A stretch of 64,000 nt of DNA from Candidatus Melainabacteria bacterium 17Bon1m (GTDB lineage Bacteria; Cyanobacteriota; Vampirovibrionia; Obscuribacterales; Obscuribacteraceae), in NCBI GenBank assembly GCA_032128875.1, contig JAVLKG010000002.1, positions 544,001-608,000 of the forward strand, read 5' to 3'. The position numbers were made by a program, and so were the translations under genes. The notes under the pieces are model-generated. The model was not told where the DNA came from. It did no database searches and saw only the letters and a list, made by a program, of their open reading frames with translations. Below are positions 1 to 9,939 of the stretch, one piece after another; within the stretch, counting starts at the first letter, position 1, and each line of letters opens with the position of its first letter.

Positions 1-459
1 CAATGCTTCGGAGGTTGGGATCGTGATTATATGGTGGCAGCGGTTCAAATCCTCTTGACGCAAGCCATCCCGTTCATCGCCAAGTACAAAGGCCACTTTG
101 TTTTCCTTTGCCGCATCCAAAACAGTTTGTGAAATCTCCGCAAGAGGAACCGGTATTAGTTTTCTCTGTTTTCCGGATGTAGTTCCTATCGCAACCGCGA
201 TGTCTTTCAGAGCGTCTTCCAGTGATTCGAATACTGAAGCTCCTTTCAAAATATCGAAGGCACCGACTGCCATTTTCCTAGCTTCTGCATCTTTGTAATT
301 CTTTGGAGGTGACACCAAACGCAGATCGCTCAATGCGAAATTCTTCATGGCGCGCGCCACTGCACCAATGTTTCCCAGGTATACAGGTTTGACGATTATA
401 AAGACGACATTTTCTAAAACAGAGTGACTACCGATTTCTTCGTTCGCGCTTTCAGTCAT
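1..459 (-). CDS. TrmJ/LasT family SPOUT RNA methyltransferase (3' end runs off the window)
   Basis: Not in the ORF track. Manual translation from ATG 459 gives MTESANEEIGSHSVLENVVFIIVKPVYLGNIGAVARAMKNFALSDLRLVSP...AIGTTS...VAFVLGDERDGLRQEDLNRCHHIITIPT, with the SPOUT/TrmJ motifs. The start overlaps the upstream gene's stop. Confidence 0.9.
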   Translation of the reverse strand, partial: MTESANEEIGSHSVLENVVFIIVKPVYLGNIGAVARAMKNFALSDLRLVSPPKNYKDAEARKMAVGAFDILKGASVFESLEDALKDIAVAIGTTSGKQRKLIPVPLAEISQTVLDAAKENKVAFVLGDERDGLRQEDLNRCHHIITIPTSEAL

Positions 460-2473
460 TGTTCTTTAATTCCACAACGCGTTCGTGAAGCAAGTTTTTG
501 ATCTCATCAACCGAAAGATCGCGTAGTTCTTTTACTTCCAAGGGCTTTCCGATGGCGACGCGGATGGCTGCAGGACGGGGAGTCTTCTTTCCCTTTGGCC
601 ATGCTTCAAATCCGCCTGTGATGGCAAAAGGAACAATGGGGCATTGCGCGTCCTTCTGCAATCTGGCCACCCCTGATTGAAATTCTCCAATGCTTCCGTC
701 GCGTGTCAACTTTCCTTCCGGGAAAATGAGGACGCTTTCCCCCTTTGATAAACACGCTTCTGCCGATTTAAGAGCGTCGGATCCTTGCCCTCGTTTAAGT
801 GGAATGGCGCCAAGTGTCGCCGCCAAATGACCAATCACCGGCCATTTCATGGCATCATCCATAACAAGAAAGCGCGTTCTTCTCTCAAAAATTGCGCCCA
901 CAATCAAAGGGTCCAACCAACCAGTATGATTGCCGGCCAAGATAACCGTTCTTCTGCGTCCCCAGTGGCTGACACCAGATGCGGTATCATCAAGCTGGTG
1001 CGACTTGTCGATGATTTGGAATTGGAAAAAAACTTTCAAAAGCGCTCTGGCAAAGAGGCGGCAGAGCAAAAATACAAGATCATTCCAGACAAATGCCATC
1101 AAGAGAGCAAAAATCAGAGCGGTAATGGAGAGAACTCTCAGCGCCGGTAAAAGCGAAACCGAAGGCAAAATGCGTTCCATATAAATTGCCGCGAAAAGCA
1201 GCGGCAACAGTTGCAGGGATACTCTCAATCCCAATGCTCGTCCACGATACTGTCGGGGGAAAATACTCTGACACAGCGTGTCCAGCAAAGACTGCGATTT
1301 GCTGGCTGTATAACCAAGTGCAAAAACCCCAAGCTGGGCGATCATCAACCTGCCTGTAGACGCCGTGATCACTGCTGCAATCGATGAGACTGCCAGAACT
1401 ATCGCCAATCCTTCAGTTAGTTTTGTCAGCCCGCCCCGTTTCACAATTTGATTTGCAGCCAAGCCGCCGCACATCAAACCTAATGCCAGCGCCGGCAAAA
1501 GGTCGGTCATCAGAGGAAAGCTAAGCCGATGCCCTTGCCAGGCAAAAAGCGTCAGGCAGACAAAAAATGCCAGGGAGAACGTGCCCACCCCGGCGCTGAC
1601 AAAGAGAGTTTTTGCGGCGCGTTGGTGACGTTTTAAATACAGCCAGAAAGACATTTCCGCTGGTTTTTCTTTGCGCTTGAATGCAGCGTTGCAGATGTCT
1701 TCGACTTTGCTTCCTGCAAAATAAGCAAGGACGTACAAGACAACTGACGCTCTAAGTAAAGTCCAGGGAAACTCCGCACCTGTGGCTAACCATATAAGTG
1801 TAGAGGACATGATCGCTGCTGCCAGACTTGCCCAGAATAATGAATTCAGGCGCACCAGCGGTGCCAGGAAACTTTCCTTGCCATTACTTTCAACGGATAA
1901 TTTCACCACGCGTGGTGTCACCTTCAACCGGCAAATATCGAATACTGCCGAGGCCGAACTGAGAGCCACAATAAGTGAACCAACGATTAGACAACGCTGT
2001 ACCTCGTCTAACATTTGCGGCAGCAGCATGGAGAGACCAAGCAATATCGCGCCGCGAACAAGAAGTGACTGGTTGAGCAGACGGAAAGGACTGAATTTGT
2101 CCGCCAGAATGCCGGCCGGAAATGAGAAAAGAATGCAAGGCAAAAGCAAGAGACATGAGGAAAGCCCGAGCAATTCTCCTTGCGGTCCAAAAAGAATAAT
2201 CAAAGAAAAGAGGCTGAGCATCGACAACTTGTCGGCAGTCTCAGACAAAAAATTGGTGGCGATGAAACAGCGCCGGGCAATTTTTTCATCCCGCTCTGGC
2301 GAGAGATTGGATTCCATGCTCAAAGCAGCCAAATTCGGGCTTTCGACCGATTTTGCCTTGCTGGTGCTGCGATTTGACTCATAACTGGTCGAACTTAGCA
2401 GTTTTTGCCCTCGTCTGTAGATCGCATATAAAACAGCTATCCACCGTGTTATTGCTGTTTTGTGACAGATCAA
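452..2473 (-). CDS. MFS transporter (LplT-like) fused to a PlsC-type acyltransferase
   Basis: About 12 hydrophobic segments with MFS motif A-like GILADKFS. C-terminal acyltransferase motifs NHTGWLD and IFPEGKLTRDG. True start is probably downstream of 2473. Confidence 0.85.
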   Translation of the reverse strand: MICHKTAITRWIAVLYAIYRRGQKLLSSTSYESNRSTSKAKSVESPNLAALSMESNLSPERDEKIARRCFIATNFLSETADKLSMLSLFSLIILFGPQGELLGLSSCLLLLPCILFSFPAGILADKFSPFRLLNQSLLVRGAILLGLSMLLPQMLDEVQRCLIVGSLIVALSSASAVFDICRLKVTPRVVKLSVESNGKESFLAPLVRLNSLFWASLAAAIMSSTLIWLATGAEFPWTLLRASVVLYVLAYFAGSKVEDICNAAFKRKEKPAEMSFWLYLKRHQRAAKTLFVSAGVGTFSLAFFVCLTLFAWQGHRLSFPLMTDLLPALALGLMCGGLAANQIVKRGGLTKLTEGLAIVLAVSSIAAVITASTGRLMIAQLGVFALGYTASKSQSLLDTLCQSIFPRQYRGRALGLRVSLQLLPLLFAAIYMERILPSVSLLPALRVLSITALIFALLMAFVWNDLVFLLCRLFARALLKVFFQFQIIDKSHQLDDTASGVSHWGRRRTVILAGNHTGWLDPLIVGAIFERRTRFLVMDDAMKWPVIGHLAATLGAIPLKRGQGSDALKSAEACLSKGESVLIFPEGKLTRDGSIGEFQSGVARLQKDAQCPIVPFAITGGFEAWPKGKKTPRPAAIRVAIGKPLEVKELRDLSVDEIKNLLHERVVELKNND

Positions 2474-2634
2474 TCTTACTTTCTAACCTGCACTGCTCGT
2501 CAAATGAAACAAGAATCAGAGGATGCGGATTTCGGGTGAAAGCGGATGTTGCAGCAAAAAAATGACTTCTTGTTAACAGCGGGCGAACATTCAAAGAACG
2601 TGAGACAATCAACTTTCTATAGGCTTGCGAGACT

Positions 2635-3912
2635 GTGAAAATGGCGCCGATTGCGGCACGTACCTTGCTTACTACGCTTTTAGCTATCCTGACCTCGATG
2701 CCTGCCGCCTGCCTGGCTGACGAGCTCGCGCCTTCAGCACAGTCGTCTGAGACGGCATCGTCTCCAGCTGCAATGTCCGCCTCAGGTTCCAAGCAAGATG
2801 ATACCGACCCTCCATCGGATAAGGGCGAGGGCCACTCGAAGTCGAAAAAGAAGAAGTCCGGCTCGAAAGCAGAGTCCCGCTCGAAAGAGAAGTCCTCGAA
2901 TAATGAGAGTGACTCGAATGAGAAATCATCAACAAAAGCAGAAGGCGGTTCTGAAAAGACTCCTGACAATTCGAAAGGCAAGAACAAGACCAAAACGGTA
3001 AGACGCGGCACGCCGCCGTGTTTGTCCTGGGTTGACTATGAACAGCCAGTGCGCGCTGTTCTGCTTTGTGTTCACGGACTGGGTCTGCACAACGGCACCT
3101 ACGATGCATTCGGCAATCGCATGTCAAAAATGGGCTTTGCCGTCTACGCCATTGACGTTAGAGGCTTTGGTTCCTGGATGGCTGCTCAGGGCAGAGAGAA
3201 GGTAGATTTCGACGGTTGCATGGAAGATGTGAAAAGCACTCTCAAAGTGGTCCATAGAGCCCATCCAGGGCTTCCTGTTTTCATATTGGGCGAATCGATG
3301 GGCGGCGCTATTGCCTTACGAGCCTGCGCTCAGTTTCCAGAACTCGTTGATGGCTTGATTTCATCAGTACCTGCCGGCGATCGTTTCAAGCAAGGACAGA
3401 CAAAACTGACCGTTGCTTTTCATTTGATTGCAGATCCGAATACTCCTTTTGATATAGGCACTTCGGTTATCAAGCAAGCGACTGCTAAACCTGAATTGCG
3501 CGATTCGTGGGGAAATAACCCTCTTTCAAGGTTGAAAGTCTCCGCAAATGAGTTGATTCAATTCCAAAACTTTATGAATCAAAATCACAAGTACGCAGTG
3601 TTGATCAAGGACCGCCCTGTTCTTTTCGTACAAGGTTGTGATGACAAATTGGTTCGCCCGGAAGGCACGGTTGAACTCTACAACCGCCTGGCAACCAAAG
3701 ACCGGCAAATAGAATTAATCCCGAAAGCCGAGCACCTAATTTTCGAGGAAGGCCAGTTTACGGATCGGGAGGTGGAGATTGTCAACAAATGGTTGACTTC
3801 ACACCTCAATTCGACAAAAGTCGCTCCCCAGGACTCCGGCGCACAGGCAGTTCCAAACAAGACTGACGGTGAAAAGACCGACACTTCCAAAAAAGAGATT
3901 GGAGCAAATTAG
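2635..3912 (+). CDS. Exported alpha/beta hydrolase (lysophospholipase/monoacylglycerol lipase family)
   Basis: Signal peptide, long S/K/E-rich linker, VHGLGLH, DVRGFG, nucleophile elbow GESMGG, DKLV and AEH catalytic-triad candidates. Confidence 0.85.
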   Translation: MKMAPIAARTLLTTLLAILTSMPAACLADELAPSAQSSETASSPAAMSASGSKQDDTDPPSDKGEGHSKSKKKKSGSKAESRSKEKSSNNESDSNEKSSTKAEGGSEKTPDNSKGKNKTKTVRRGTPPCLSWVDYEQPVRAVLLCVHGLGLHNGTYDAFGNRMSKMGFAVYAIDVRGFGSWMAAQGREKVDFDGCMEDVKSTLKVVHRAHPGLPVFILGESMGGAIALRACAQFPELVDGLISSVPAGDRFKQGQTKLTVAFHLIADPNTPFDIGTSVIKQATAKPELRDSWGNNPLSRLKVSANELIQFQNFMNQNHKYAVLIKDRPVLFVQGCDDKLVRPEGTVELYNRLATKDRQIELIPKAEHLIFEEGQFTDREVEIVNKWLTSHLNSTKVAPQDSGAQAVPNKTDGEKTDTSKKEIGAN

Positions 3913-3980
3913 TCGAGCGAACTAGACGGTATCCCGGAAAAGACAAGACAATATATGTCTGTATGTGAGGTTATGGCGTT

Positions 3981-4709
3981 ATGTTGCGTACTAGTACCAA
4001 GTTAATCAGTGCGATATCGGCAGCGGTTTTTTTGACAGGCATGTTTTATTCGCAAGCGTCGGCTGTCCCGGCACCGGCAGCCAGTCCGTATACCCGTTGT
4101 ATGGCGCAGGGAAAGAATTGTGTCACTAAAGGCGACCTGAAGAACGCAATCACGCACTTTCAAATTGCCGTCAAGGAAAATCCGAACAGCTGCGAAGCAC
4201 ACCTGTTGTTGGGCCAAAGCTATTGCAAAGTAAAACAATTCGTCAAAGCAAAAGACGAGTTGAGGCGTGCGATCAGGCTTGGCAAAGGAAATAAGAATGC
4301 ACAGTTAGCAAACCAGGCGCTGATGCAATTACCGAAGAATATCCTCAGTCCGAAAACCGGAGCAGAAACTCGCATGATAGCTTCGATGCTCGGTCTTTCT
4401 CGTGTTCGTGGTGCAGGAGGCGAATCGAAACCAACCGTTATCGATTTTTATGCTTCATGGTGCCAGCCGTGCAAACAGACGAATACAGCTTTGGATAAGT
4501 TCAAAGAATCATACGGTGATCGAGTTTCCTTTATGCGTGTTGATGTGGATGATCCAAACAATGAGCGCATCATCGATCAGTATGAAGTGAGTCCAATTCC
4601 GACGCTCGTGTTTCTCAACACCGAAGGCGAAGTGGTTTCATTCACGATCGGATTTTCAGGTGAAAAAGGTATCGATGACGGTATCAAAAAAATCTTGACA
4701 AAAGGATAA
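3981..4709 (+). CDS. Exported TPR + thioredoxin domain protein
   Basis: Signal peptide, 2-3 TPR-like helical repeats, DFYASWCQPC active site, cis-Pro motif IPTL. Confidence 0.85.
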   Translation: MLRTSTKLISAISAAVFLTGMFYSQASAVPAPAASPYTRCMAQGKNCVTKGDLKNAITHFQIAVKENPNSCEAHLLLGQSYCKVKQFVKAKDELRRAIRLGKGNKNAQLANQALMQLPKNILSPKTGAETRMIASMLGLSRVRGAGGESKPTVIDFYASWCQPCKQTNTALDKFKESYGDRVSFMRVDVDDPNNERIIDQYEVSPIPTLVFLNTEGEVVSFTIGFSGEKGIDDGIKKILTKG

Positions 4710-4712
4710 AGA

Positions 4713-7049
4713 GTGGCGAAGCAAACAACCCAAGTCGAACAAGAGAATTATTGGCTGGAGGCAAGGAAGCGCCCGCAAGGTGCTGCACTTGCCTTTAGTG
4801 ATTCTGCGAACCTACCTTTTGAATGCACATACCACAAGTGCAGTATTGCCGGCGTTTCTGTTGTGAGAATAGATGCGTGGCCCGAGGGTGAGAAAGGAGT
4901 CAAAGGAGTACCTTTCTCTTTTGCTCTCGATATAGAGGCTGAAGAAGACGGCGGCACTGGTGGTTTTGACAGGTCCGATGAAACAGAGGAGATTTCTTTC
5001 TTCTCCTCAGGAGAAGCCGGAAGGCTTGATTGGCAGGACGGTGCGGAATCCGATTTGGAAGCAGTCTTTCCTTTTGGCTTGAAGTTTCAGCGCACAGCAA
5101 AGAGCCGCTTCAATTTTATTTTTGATCTGCCGGATGACACTCGTTGCTACGGGCTGGGAGAAAGACTTTCCGGTTTGAACCGCCGCGGTGCCGTGCATAC
5201 GCTCATAAATACAGATAATTCGAAGCATCTGCCGTCTATGGATGCTATGTACAAATCCTTGCCTCTGCTTTTTCTCTGGCACCAGGGACAGTGGCACGCC
5301 GCATTTTTAGATTCGCCGGCTTGTCAAAAGTGGGACCTTGATTCAAGTATGAGCGGTGAAGCTCTCATCACGCTACTTAGCCGTCGAGGTTGGCAGCTCT
5401 ACTTGTTTGGGCAAGCGCCCCTCAAAGATCTGGTAGCTGCGTATACGGTGTTGACGGGAAGGTCGAAATTACCCCCTCTTTGGGCTCTGGGACACCAGCA
5501 GTCCCGATGGAGTTATCCTGACGAGCAAACAGTGCGAGGCATCGCGCATGAGTTTCGCAGCCGATCGATTCCCTGCGATACGATCGTTCTTGATATTGAT
5601 TACATGGATGATTACCGGGTTTTCACAACCTCCGACGAGCGTTTTCCGAATATGAAAAAGCTCGTCAGCGATCTTGGACAGCAGAATTTCAAAGTCATAA
5701 CGATAGTTGATCCAGGGGTGAAGAAAGACTCTAAGTATTCCGTATTCAATGACGGAAAGAAGCAGGATTGTTTCGTCAAGAAGGCAGACGGAAAGATCTA
5801 TACCGGAAATGTTTGGCCCGGAGTTTCTGCCTTTCCTGATTTCCTGCGTCCTGAGGTCCGTCGATGGTGGGGTGCCCAGCACGGCTTCTATACTGACTTG
5901 GGAATCAAAGGCATTTGGACGGACATGAATGAGCCGGCCATTTTTGATGCTAATGAACCGCTCGACGGTATCACTGATGAATTGCCGGAAGATAAAGATC
6001 AGCTTTTCATGCAGATGTCGCCGGAAGGCGAGGTTGGGCATATGGAAGTGCGCAACCTGTACGGAATGCAGATGAGCCGTGCAACATGGCAGGCGCTGAA
6101 GGCACTTCGTCCAAAGGAGCGCCCTTTCGTTCTTACGCGTGCTGGCTATGCCGGTATGCAAAGATATTCCGCTGTTTGGTTGGGCGACAACAATTCCTGG
6201 TGGGAACACTTGCAGATGAGCATCCCGATGCTCGTAAGCGTAGGATTGTGCGGCGTTCCCTTTGCGGGCGTCGACATTGGTGGTTTCGCATTTGATACCA
6301 CCGGTGAATTGCTCGCACGCTGGTATTCAGCTGGACTCTTCTATCCGTTTTTCAGAAATCACTGTGCATTGAGCGGGCGTTTGCAAGAGCCATGGCACTT
6401 CGGTGAAAGAGTTGAGAAAGCAGTTAAGAAGTTTATCGAGTTTCATTACAGGCTTTTGCCCTATCTGCAGGGGCTATTTTTCGAGCACATGATCAACGGC
6501 TCGCCGATTATGCGTCCATTGGCATTTCATGCCGAGGATGATGAACACGCACTTGATATAGACGATCAGTTCTTTTTCGGAAAAGACATCTTGGTGGCGC
6601 CTATTGTGCATCGTGCTAAGCGGTCTCGTCCTGTGTATCTGCCTGCCGGTAATTGGTATCGTTTGGAAGGTGGGGCTGACGCCAAGCCGTATGCGGGAAA
6701 TCGAACATACGAGGTTGCTTTTGGTTTTGACGAAGTGCCGGCCTTTGTAAGAGAAGGAAGCATAATTCCTCTTGCAGATTTAAGAATGACTGCAGAAGAA
6801 ACCCGAACGGCACCTGTCACTTTCGTGGTTTTCGGCGAAAAGGCCGAAGGCAGTTATTTGGAAGAGGATGGTATCAGCTTTGATTATGAAGCTGGCCAGT
6901 TCAATCTTTTCCAAATGCAGTATCGCCAGGGGAAAATGGAGTGTCAGCCTCTATCCCTCGGCTACGGTATAAGTGGGCGCGAATTTTACTATTCGCTCAA
7001 GGATGTCAGCCCTGAGGCACAAAAGCACAAATTCGAGTTGTCCTACTGA
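4713..7049 (+). CDS. GH31 alpha-glucosidase
   Basis: YGLGE, LDIDYMD, catalytic WTDMNEP, WLGDN, DIGGF and FFRNH motifs. Confidence 0.93.
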   Translation: MAKQTTQVEQENYWLEARKRPQGAALAFSDSANLPFECTYHKCSIAGVSVVRIDAWPEGEKGVKGVPFSFALDIEAEEDGGTGGFDRSDETEEISFFSSGEAGRLDWQDGAESDLEAVFPFGLKFQRTAKSRFNFIFDLPDDTRCYGLGERLSGLNRRGAVHTLINTDNSKHLPSMDAMYKSLPLLFLWHQGQWHAAFLDSPACQKWDLDSSMSGEALITLLSRRGWQLYLFGQAPLKDLVAAYTVLTGRSKLPPLWALGHQQSRWSYPDEQTVRGIAHEFRSRSIPCDTIVLDIDYMDDYRVFTTSDERFPNMKKLVSDLGQQNFKVITIVDPGVKKDSKYSVFNDGKKQDCFVKKADGKIYTGNVWPGVSAFPDFLRPEVRRWWGAQHGFYTDLGIKGIWTDMNEPAIFDANEPLDGITDELPEDKDQLFMQMSPEGEVGHMEVRNLYGMQMSRATWQALKALRPKERPFVLTRAGYAGMQRYSAVWLGDNNSWWEHLQMSIPMLVSVGLCGVPFAGVDIGGFAFDTTGELLARWYSAGLFYPFFRNHCALSGRLQEPWHFGERVEKAVKKFIEFHYRLLPYLQGLFFEHMINGSPIMRPLAFHAEDDEHALDIDDQFFFGKDILVAPIVHRAKRSRPVYLPAGNWYRLEGGADAKPYAGNRTYEVAFGFDEVPAFVREGSIIPLADLRMTAEETRTAPVTFVVFGEKAEGSYLEEDGISFDYEAGQFNLFQMQYRQGKMECQPLSLGYGISGREFYYSLKDVSPEAQKHKFELSY

Positions 7050-7076
7050 GCCTACTTTTGAGGGCTTTCAAGGGCA

Positions 7077-7096
7077 TTGTTAAGAGCCCTTAACAA
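7077..7096. promoter_or_regulatory. Palindrome TTGTTAAG-AGCC-CTTAACAA upstream of the acyl-CoA ligase; candidate operator
   Basis: Perfect 8-bp inverted repeat in the 7050-7160 intergenic region; no U-tract follows it. Confidence 0.35.
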
Positions 7097-7161
7097 GCCA
7101 AGAGCCAAAATAGGTTAGACTTTGCGCGTCCCTCGCTACGCACTTGCGCAAGAAAAACACT

Positions 7162-8796
7162 ATGAATTCGTGGAACGCAACTTCAGCTTCTTCAAAGCTG
7201 CCAATGTCCCAGGGCGACTATAAAAATGTGGCTGAAATTCTTGCTTGGCAGGCTGAAGCTCAACCGCAAAAGGTAGCCGTTCGCTACCAGGGCACCAGTT
7301 ATTCGTATGGACGAATTTATGCGACCAGTCTCGATATAGTCTCTGCGCTTTTCAGAGTCGGTGTCGTATCCGCAGACAAAGTTGGGGTCATTTTCCCCAA
7401 TCACCCCGACTTCATCGCAGCCTTCTTCGCTGTAAGTTCTCTCGGTGGAACGGTTGTTCCAATTAACCCGCTTTTGAAAGCCGAAGAGATCAAACACATT
7501 CTTTCCGACTCCCAAGCAAAAGTGCTTATCGTGCACGAATCGACTGCGGGTGAGGTTGCCGATGCGGTTGAAAATTTACCGAATCTCGAGCATGTTTTTG
7601 TTCTTACCTACGGTGATAAGGGCGGTTACACTGCCGTTGAGCTGAGTGAGAAAGCTGCTGCTCGCGTCAAAATGACTCAGCTGTGCATGTCTTACGTTTC
7701 AGAATCAGCAAGCTGTTCGAGCTTTTTCGGCAAGATAGCGAAAGTCGATCCTGAAGTGGATCTGGCTGTTTTGGTCTATACATCCGGTACTACCGGCAAG
7801 CCCAAAGGGGCAATGCTTACCCACAAAAACTTGCTCGGGGCAGTTACGGCTGCTCATGCGGCTTTTCCAGTAAACTCCGAAGATCGTTTGCTTGGTGCCT
7901 TGCCTTTGTGCCACATATACGGATTGACTGTGGTGATGCTTGGGACGATGCATAAGGGCGGCTCGCTTGCCTTGATCGAGAAATTTGATGTCGTTCCCGC
8001 GCTTAAGACGATCGAAGAAGAGCGAGTAACGGTTCTACCCGCGGTGCCAACCATGTATCAATACATGATTATGCATCTGGAAAAACAGACCTTCGATCTC
8101 TCTTCTTTGAGACTTTGCCTTGCAGGCGGCGCGCCGCTGTCCAAGACTGTTTTCGATTCCCTCTCTCGTTTTGTGAAAGCACCACTTGTTGAAGGATACG
8201 GACTTACTGAAGTCAGTTGCGTGGCAACTCTGAATCCTGTGGATGGTGTCAACGTCCACGGATCTGTTGGACCCGCAATTCCGACAGTGTCCATCGGAAT
8301 CTTTGACAAAGATGGAAAAGAGTTGCCGCCCGGCATTGAGAATGTCGGTGAGATCGCAATCAAAGGTCCCAATGTAATGCGCGGCTACTACGGAGCGCCT
8401 GAGAAGTCCGCCGAAGTATTGAAGGACGGCTGGTTTTTCACCGGTGACCTTGGTTATCTGGATGAGAATAAGTATCTGTGGATTGTCGGTCGCGCTAAGG
8501 AATTGATTATCCGCGGCGGGCAAAACATCTACCCGCGCGAAGTAGAGAGCGTTATCGCAAAATTGAAAGGCGTCGTAGATGTGGCTGTAATTGGTGTTCC
8601 TGAGCCAATCATGGGTGAGCGAGTCAAAGCAGTAGTCGTACTCGATAAGGACGCTGAAGTCACTGAAGAGCAAGTGAAAGAGTTTTGCCAAAAACGTTTG
8701 GCAGACTACAAAGTTCCGCGCGTTGTCGAGTTCATCGACAAGATGCCTCGTAATTCGACAGGCAAGATTTTGAAGTCGCAGCTGGTAAAGAAGTAA
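7162..8796 (+). CDS. Long-chain-fatty-acid--CoA ligase (AMP-binding family)
   Basis: YTSGTTGKPKG, EGYGLTE, FTGDLGY, IIRGGQNIYPREVE and PRNSTGKI motifs. Start could be 7144, 7162 or 7204. Confidence 0.92.
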   Translation: MNSWNATSASSKLPMSQGDYKNVAEILAWQAEAQPQKVAVRYQGTSYSYGRIYATSLDIVSALFRVGVVSADKVGVIFPNHPDFIAAFFAVSSLGGTVVPINPLLKAEEIKHILSDSQAKVLIVHESTAGEVADAVENLPNLEHVFVLTYGDKGGYTAVELSEKAAARVKMTQLCMSYVSESASCSSFFGKIAKVDPEVDLAVLVYTSGTTGKPKGAMLTHKNLLGAVTAAHAAFPVNSEDRLLGALPLCHIYGLTVVMLGTMHKGGSLALIEKFDVVPALKTIEEERVTVLPAVPTMYQYMIMHLEKQTFDLSSLRLCLAGGAPLSKTVFDSLSRFVKAPLVEGYGLTEVSCVATLNPVDGVNVHGSVGPAIPTVSIGIFDKDGKELPPGIENVGEIAIKGPNVMRGYYGAPEKSAEVLKDGWFFTGDLGYLDENKYLWIVGRAKELIIRGGQNIYPREVESVIAKLKGVVDVAVIGVPEPIMGERVKAVVVLDKDAEVTEEQVKEFCQKRLADYKVPRVVEFIDKMPRNSTGKILKSQLVKK

Positions 8797-8821
8797 AACT
8801 CAGCCCTGTTTTAGCGAAAAA

Positions 8822-8856
8822 TCACTCGATTGAGTGAGAGTCACACTTTAGTGTGA
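8822..8856. promoter_or_regulatory. Two tandem 16-bp palindromes (TCACTC-GATT-GAGTGA; TCACAC-TTTA-GTGTGA)
   Basis: Seen directly at 8822-8837 and 8841-8856, with the same 6-4-6 geometry. Confidence 0.4.
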
Positions 8857-9191
8857 TCTTGGCTTCTTGTTTGTCTGGAAAGGCTCAGCTGGCCATTTGT
8901 TCGGGACTCTTGCGCCGATGAGTGTCAGGAAATTGGCAATAAAGAGACTTGTCTGTCTTTGATAAAATAGGATTTAGCTTGTAGAAGCTATTGGTTCTCA
9001 AAAACGGCCTCCCGTCAGACCTGCTCTGCATTTTTGATATTTCGTGGACAAAGTTTTGCCCACAGGAGTCCATTTGTCGCACAGGGGTGGTTATTCTACC
9101 TGTCACTTCCGCAGTGTTTCAATTTTTTATGCCGGGTAACTATACTTACACGGAGTAGTTGCTCTGCTTTTTACATAGGAGTCCAAGCGCC

Positions 9192-9884
9192 ATGCAATCG
9201 CCGATCAGGCAAGACACCGTAAGCGTCTTCATCGCAGAAGACCATGAGATAACGCGCGTCGGGTTGCGATTGACGCTTGAGCAGATATCGGGATTCAAGG
9301 TCGTTGGAGAAGCCAATGATGGGCGCGTAGCCGTAGACAACGTAGTCAGCGTAAAACCTGACGTCGTGCTGATGGATATCGGTCTTCCCACAATGGACGG
9401 CATCGAGGCCACGAAGAAGGTAAAAGAACTGGCGCCTGACAGCAAAGTGATTATGCTCACCTCGCACGATAGTGACCGCGACGTTTTTGCGGCATTGGCG
9501 GCTGGTGCAGATGGCTATTGTTTGAAGGAAGTATCCGGCAATCAGCTGGCGATGGCCATTAGGTGTGTTGCGGATGGCGCTGCTTGGCTCGATCCCGGAG
9601 TCGCAAGCCGGGTGCTGAAAGCCTGTGCCGTGGGCGGAAACGTTCCTCAGGCGGCGGTAAGCATGTCGCAAAAACCTCAATCAAATGGCCAGCAAACTTT
9701 GTCTCAAAGAGAGTTGGACGTGTTGAAACTGGTTGTAGATGGACTGAGCAACCAGGAAATCGCCGACAAGCTAGTCGTAAGCGTGGAGACCGTAAAAACT
9801 CACATGCGACACATTATGGAAAAAATGGCTGTTTCAGATCGAACACAAGCCGCTGTAAAAGCCATGCGCGAAGGCTTGGTTTAA
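9192..9884 (+). CDS. NarL/LuxR-family response regulator
   Basis: REC motifs AEDH, LMDIGLP, LTSH, YCLK; LuxR HTH LSQRE...GLSNQEIA...ETVKTH. AGGAG RBS before ATG 9192. Confidence 0.93.
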   Translation: MQSPIRQDTVSVFIAEDHEITRVGLRLTLEQISGFKVVGEANDGRVAVDNVVSVKPDVVLMDIGLPTMDGIEATKKVKELAPDSKVIMLTSHDSDRDVFAALAAGADGYCLKEVSGNQLAMAIRCVADGAAWLDPGVASRVLKACAVGGNVPQAAVSMSQKPQSNGQQTLSQRELDVLKLVVDGLSNQEIADKLVVSVETVKTHMRHIMEKMAVSDRTQAAVKAMREGLV

Positions 9885-9939
9885 ACACAGCAACGCCCTG
9901 TTTTTCCTTTATGCGCCTGAACGTTTGTCTGTTTCTTAC

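Noticed and set aside
2760-3000. TCGAA-rich quasi-repeats and a 210-aa antisense ORF
   Set aside because: They encode the S/K/E low-complexity linker of the hydrolase; the antisense ORF is its shadow.
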